NCBI GenBank assembly: GCA_963771175.1 | Contig: CAVYSY010000027.1 | Coordinates: 32,001 to 96,000, forward strand | Reading direction: 5' to 3' | From: an uncultured delta proteobacterium | GTDB lineage: Bacteria > Myxococcota > Myxococcia > Myxococcales > Myxococcaceae | DNA: 64,000 bases | In this document: positions 62,482 through 64,000 of the stretch, in pieces | Numbering within the stretch: the stretch's first letter is position 1 | Layout: every line of letters begins with the position of its first letter | Notes under the pieces: generated by a model | Seen by the model: only the letters and a program-made list of their open reading frames with translations | Database searches by the model: none | Told to the model about the DNA's origin: nothing | Translations under genes and position numbers: made by a program

Positions 62482-64000
62482 TCAGTCCCGGTAGCCGCGG
62501 GCCTGGAGGTTGAACAGGTGCGCGTAGCGCCCGTTGCGCGCCATCAACTCCGCGTGGCTGCCCAGCTCCTCCACCTCGCCGTTGTGCAGCACGGCGATCC
62601 GGTCCGCCATCCGCACCGTCGAGAACCGGTGCGAAATGACCAGGGCGATCCGGTCCGCCGCCAGCTCCTGGAAGCGCTCGAACAGCGCGTGCTCCGACTC
62701 CGCGTCGATGCTCGCCGTCGGCTCGTCGAGGATGAGCACCTCCGCGTCCTCCCGCATGAAGGCCCGCGCCACCCCCAGCTTCTGCCACTGCCCTCCGCTC
62801 AGCTCGTGCCCCTTCTCGAACCAGCCGCCCAGCATCGTGTCGTACTGGTTCGGCAGCGTGTCGATCACCGCGCTCGCCCCACCCTGCTCCGCCGCCCGGA
62901 CGATGCGGTTGCCGGTCCTCCAGCGCCGACACGTGCCCCAGCCCGATGTTCTCCGCCACGCTGAACTGGTAGCGCACGAAGTCCTGGAACACCGCCCCGA
63001 ACCGCGAGCGCAGGTCCTCCGGGTCCATGTCCTTCAGGTTCACGCCCCCGTAGAGAATCTCCCCCTCCGTCGGCTCGTACAGGCGCAGCAGCAGCTTCAC
63101 CAGCGTGCTCTTCCCCGCCCCGTTCTCCCCCACCAGCGCCAGCTTCTCCCCCGGCTCCAGCCGCAGTGACAGGTCGCGCAGCGCCCACGCCTCCTTCCCC
63201 GGATAGCGGAACGACACGTTGCGCAGCTCGATGGCGTTGCCACTCCCCCTCGACGCCGTCTTCGCCGGCAGCACCCGTGGCGCCTCCTGCCCCGTGGGTA
63301 TCTCCAGGTACGCGAAGAGGTTGCTCATGAAGAGCGCCCTCTCGTACATGCTGCCCAGGCTCGACAGGATTCCCTGGAACGCCGCCTGCCCCTGCCGGAA
63401 CACCGCCAGGTACAGCACCAGGTCGCCCACGGTGATGGCCCCCGCGCCGCCCGGCCCACCACGAACGCGTAGCACCCGTAGAACGCCCCCAGCGACACCA
63501 GCCCCAGCACCAGGCCCCACCCCATCCGCTTCAGCGCGAGCGCCCGGTCCTCCTGCGAAGAACTTCTCGAAGAGCGTCCGGTAGCGCCCCAGGATGAGCG
63601 GGCCCAGCCCGAACAGCTTCACCTCCTTCACGTGGTTGTCGCGCGTGAGGATCCACTCCAGGTAGTTGAGCTTCCGCCCCTCGGGCGCACGCCACGAGTA
63701 CAGCCGGAAGCCCTCCGCCGGCCAGCCGCGCCTCCGCGATGAACGCCGGGATGCTCGCCGCCACCAGCACCACCACGCTCCACGGCGACAGCGTCACCAG
63801 CAGCACCGCGTAGGTGGACAGCGTCACAGGTTGCGCACGATGGAGAACGCGTCCATCACCAGCGCCAGCGGCCGGCTGTTCGCCTCGCGCCGCGCGTTCT
63901 GCATCTTGTCGTAGGTGTCCGAGTCCTCGAAGTGCCGCAGCTCCAGCGTCAGCGCCTTCTCGAGGATGCGCTCGTTGAGCAGGTTGCCCAGGCTCGCCCG
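62482..64000 (-). CDS. ABC transporter ATP-binding/permease, 3' part; frameshifted
   Basis: GENGAGKST, LSGGQWQ, ILDEPT, ISHRFST; TM region runs off the window. Confidence 0.88.

Overview
GC-rich chromosomal window that looks myxobacterial (DUF2378 gene, many lipoproteins, REP-like hairpins). It holds about 55 recognisable genes, and I could not identify any rRNA, tRNA, CRISPR array or transposase. Many genes are broken by single-base indels, most likely assembly errors. The main candidate for an undescribed system is a tightly coupled NRPS/PKS-free lipid-amino-acid biosynthetic cluster (5196-15179). It encodes a PPTase, an atypical KAS III, a stand-alone thioester reductase, an ACP, a SerRS-like amino acid:carrier-protein ligase, a ferritin-like diiron protein, a membrane desaturase, a FAAL and an FAD oxidoreductase, plus a divergent HIT hydrolase and second ACP. 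At its 3' end, an orphan nuclease-toxin/immunity cassette sits between two imperfect copies of the last gene's final codons. Other content: an NsrR-boxed truncated-globin/reductase NO module near cytochrome bd, a detached atpGD-orf-C block, an RluA homologue lacking its catalytic Asp, an SMI1/KNR4-histone-H1-like fusion, an orphan terpene cyclase beside a cluster of TGTC..GACA palindromes, a family B DNA polymerase, and a PARIS-like ATPase + TOPRIM pair. Family assignments come from motif recognition only; no database search was run.
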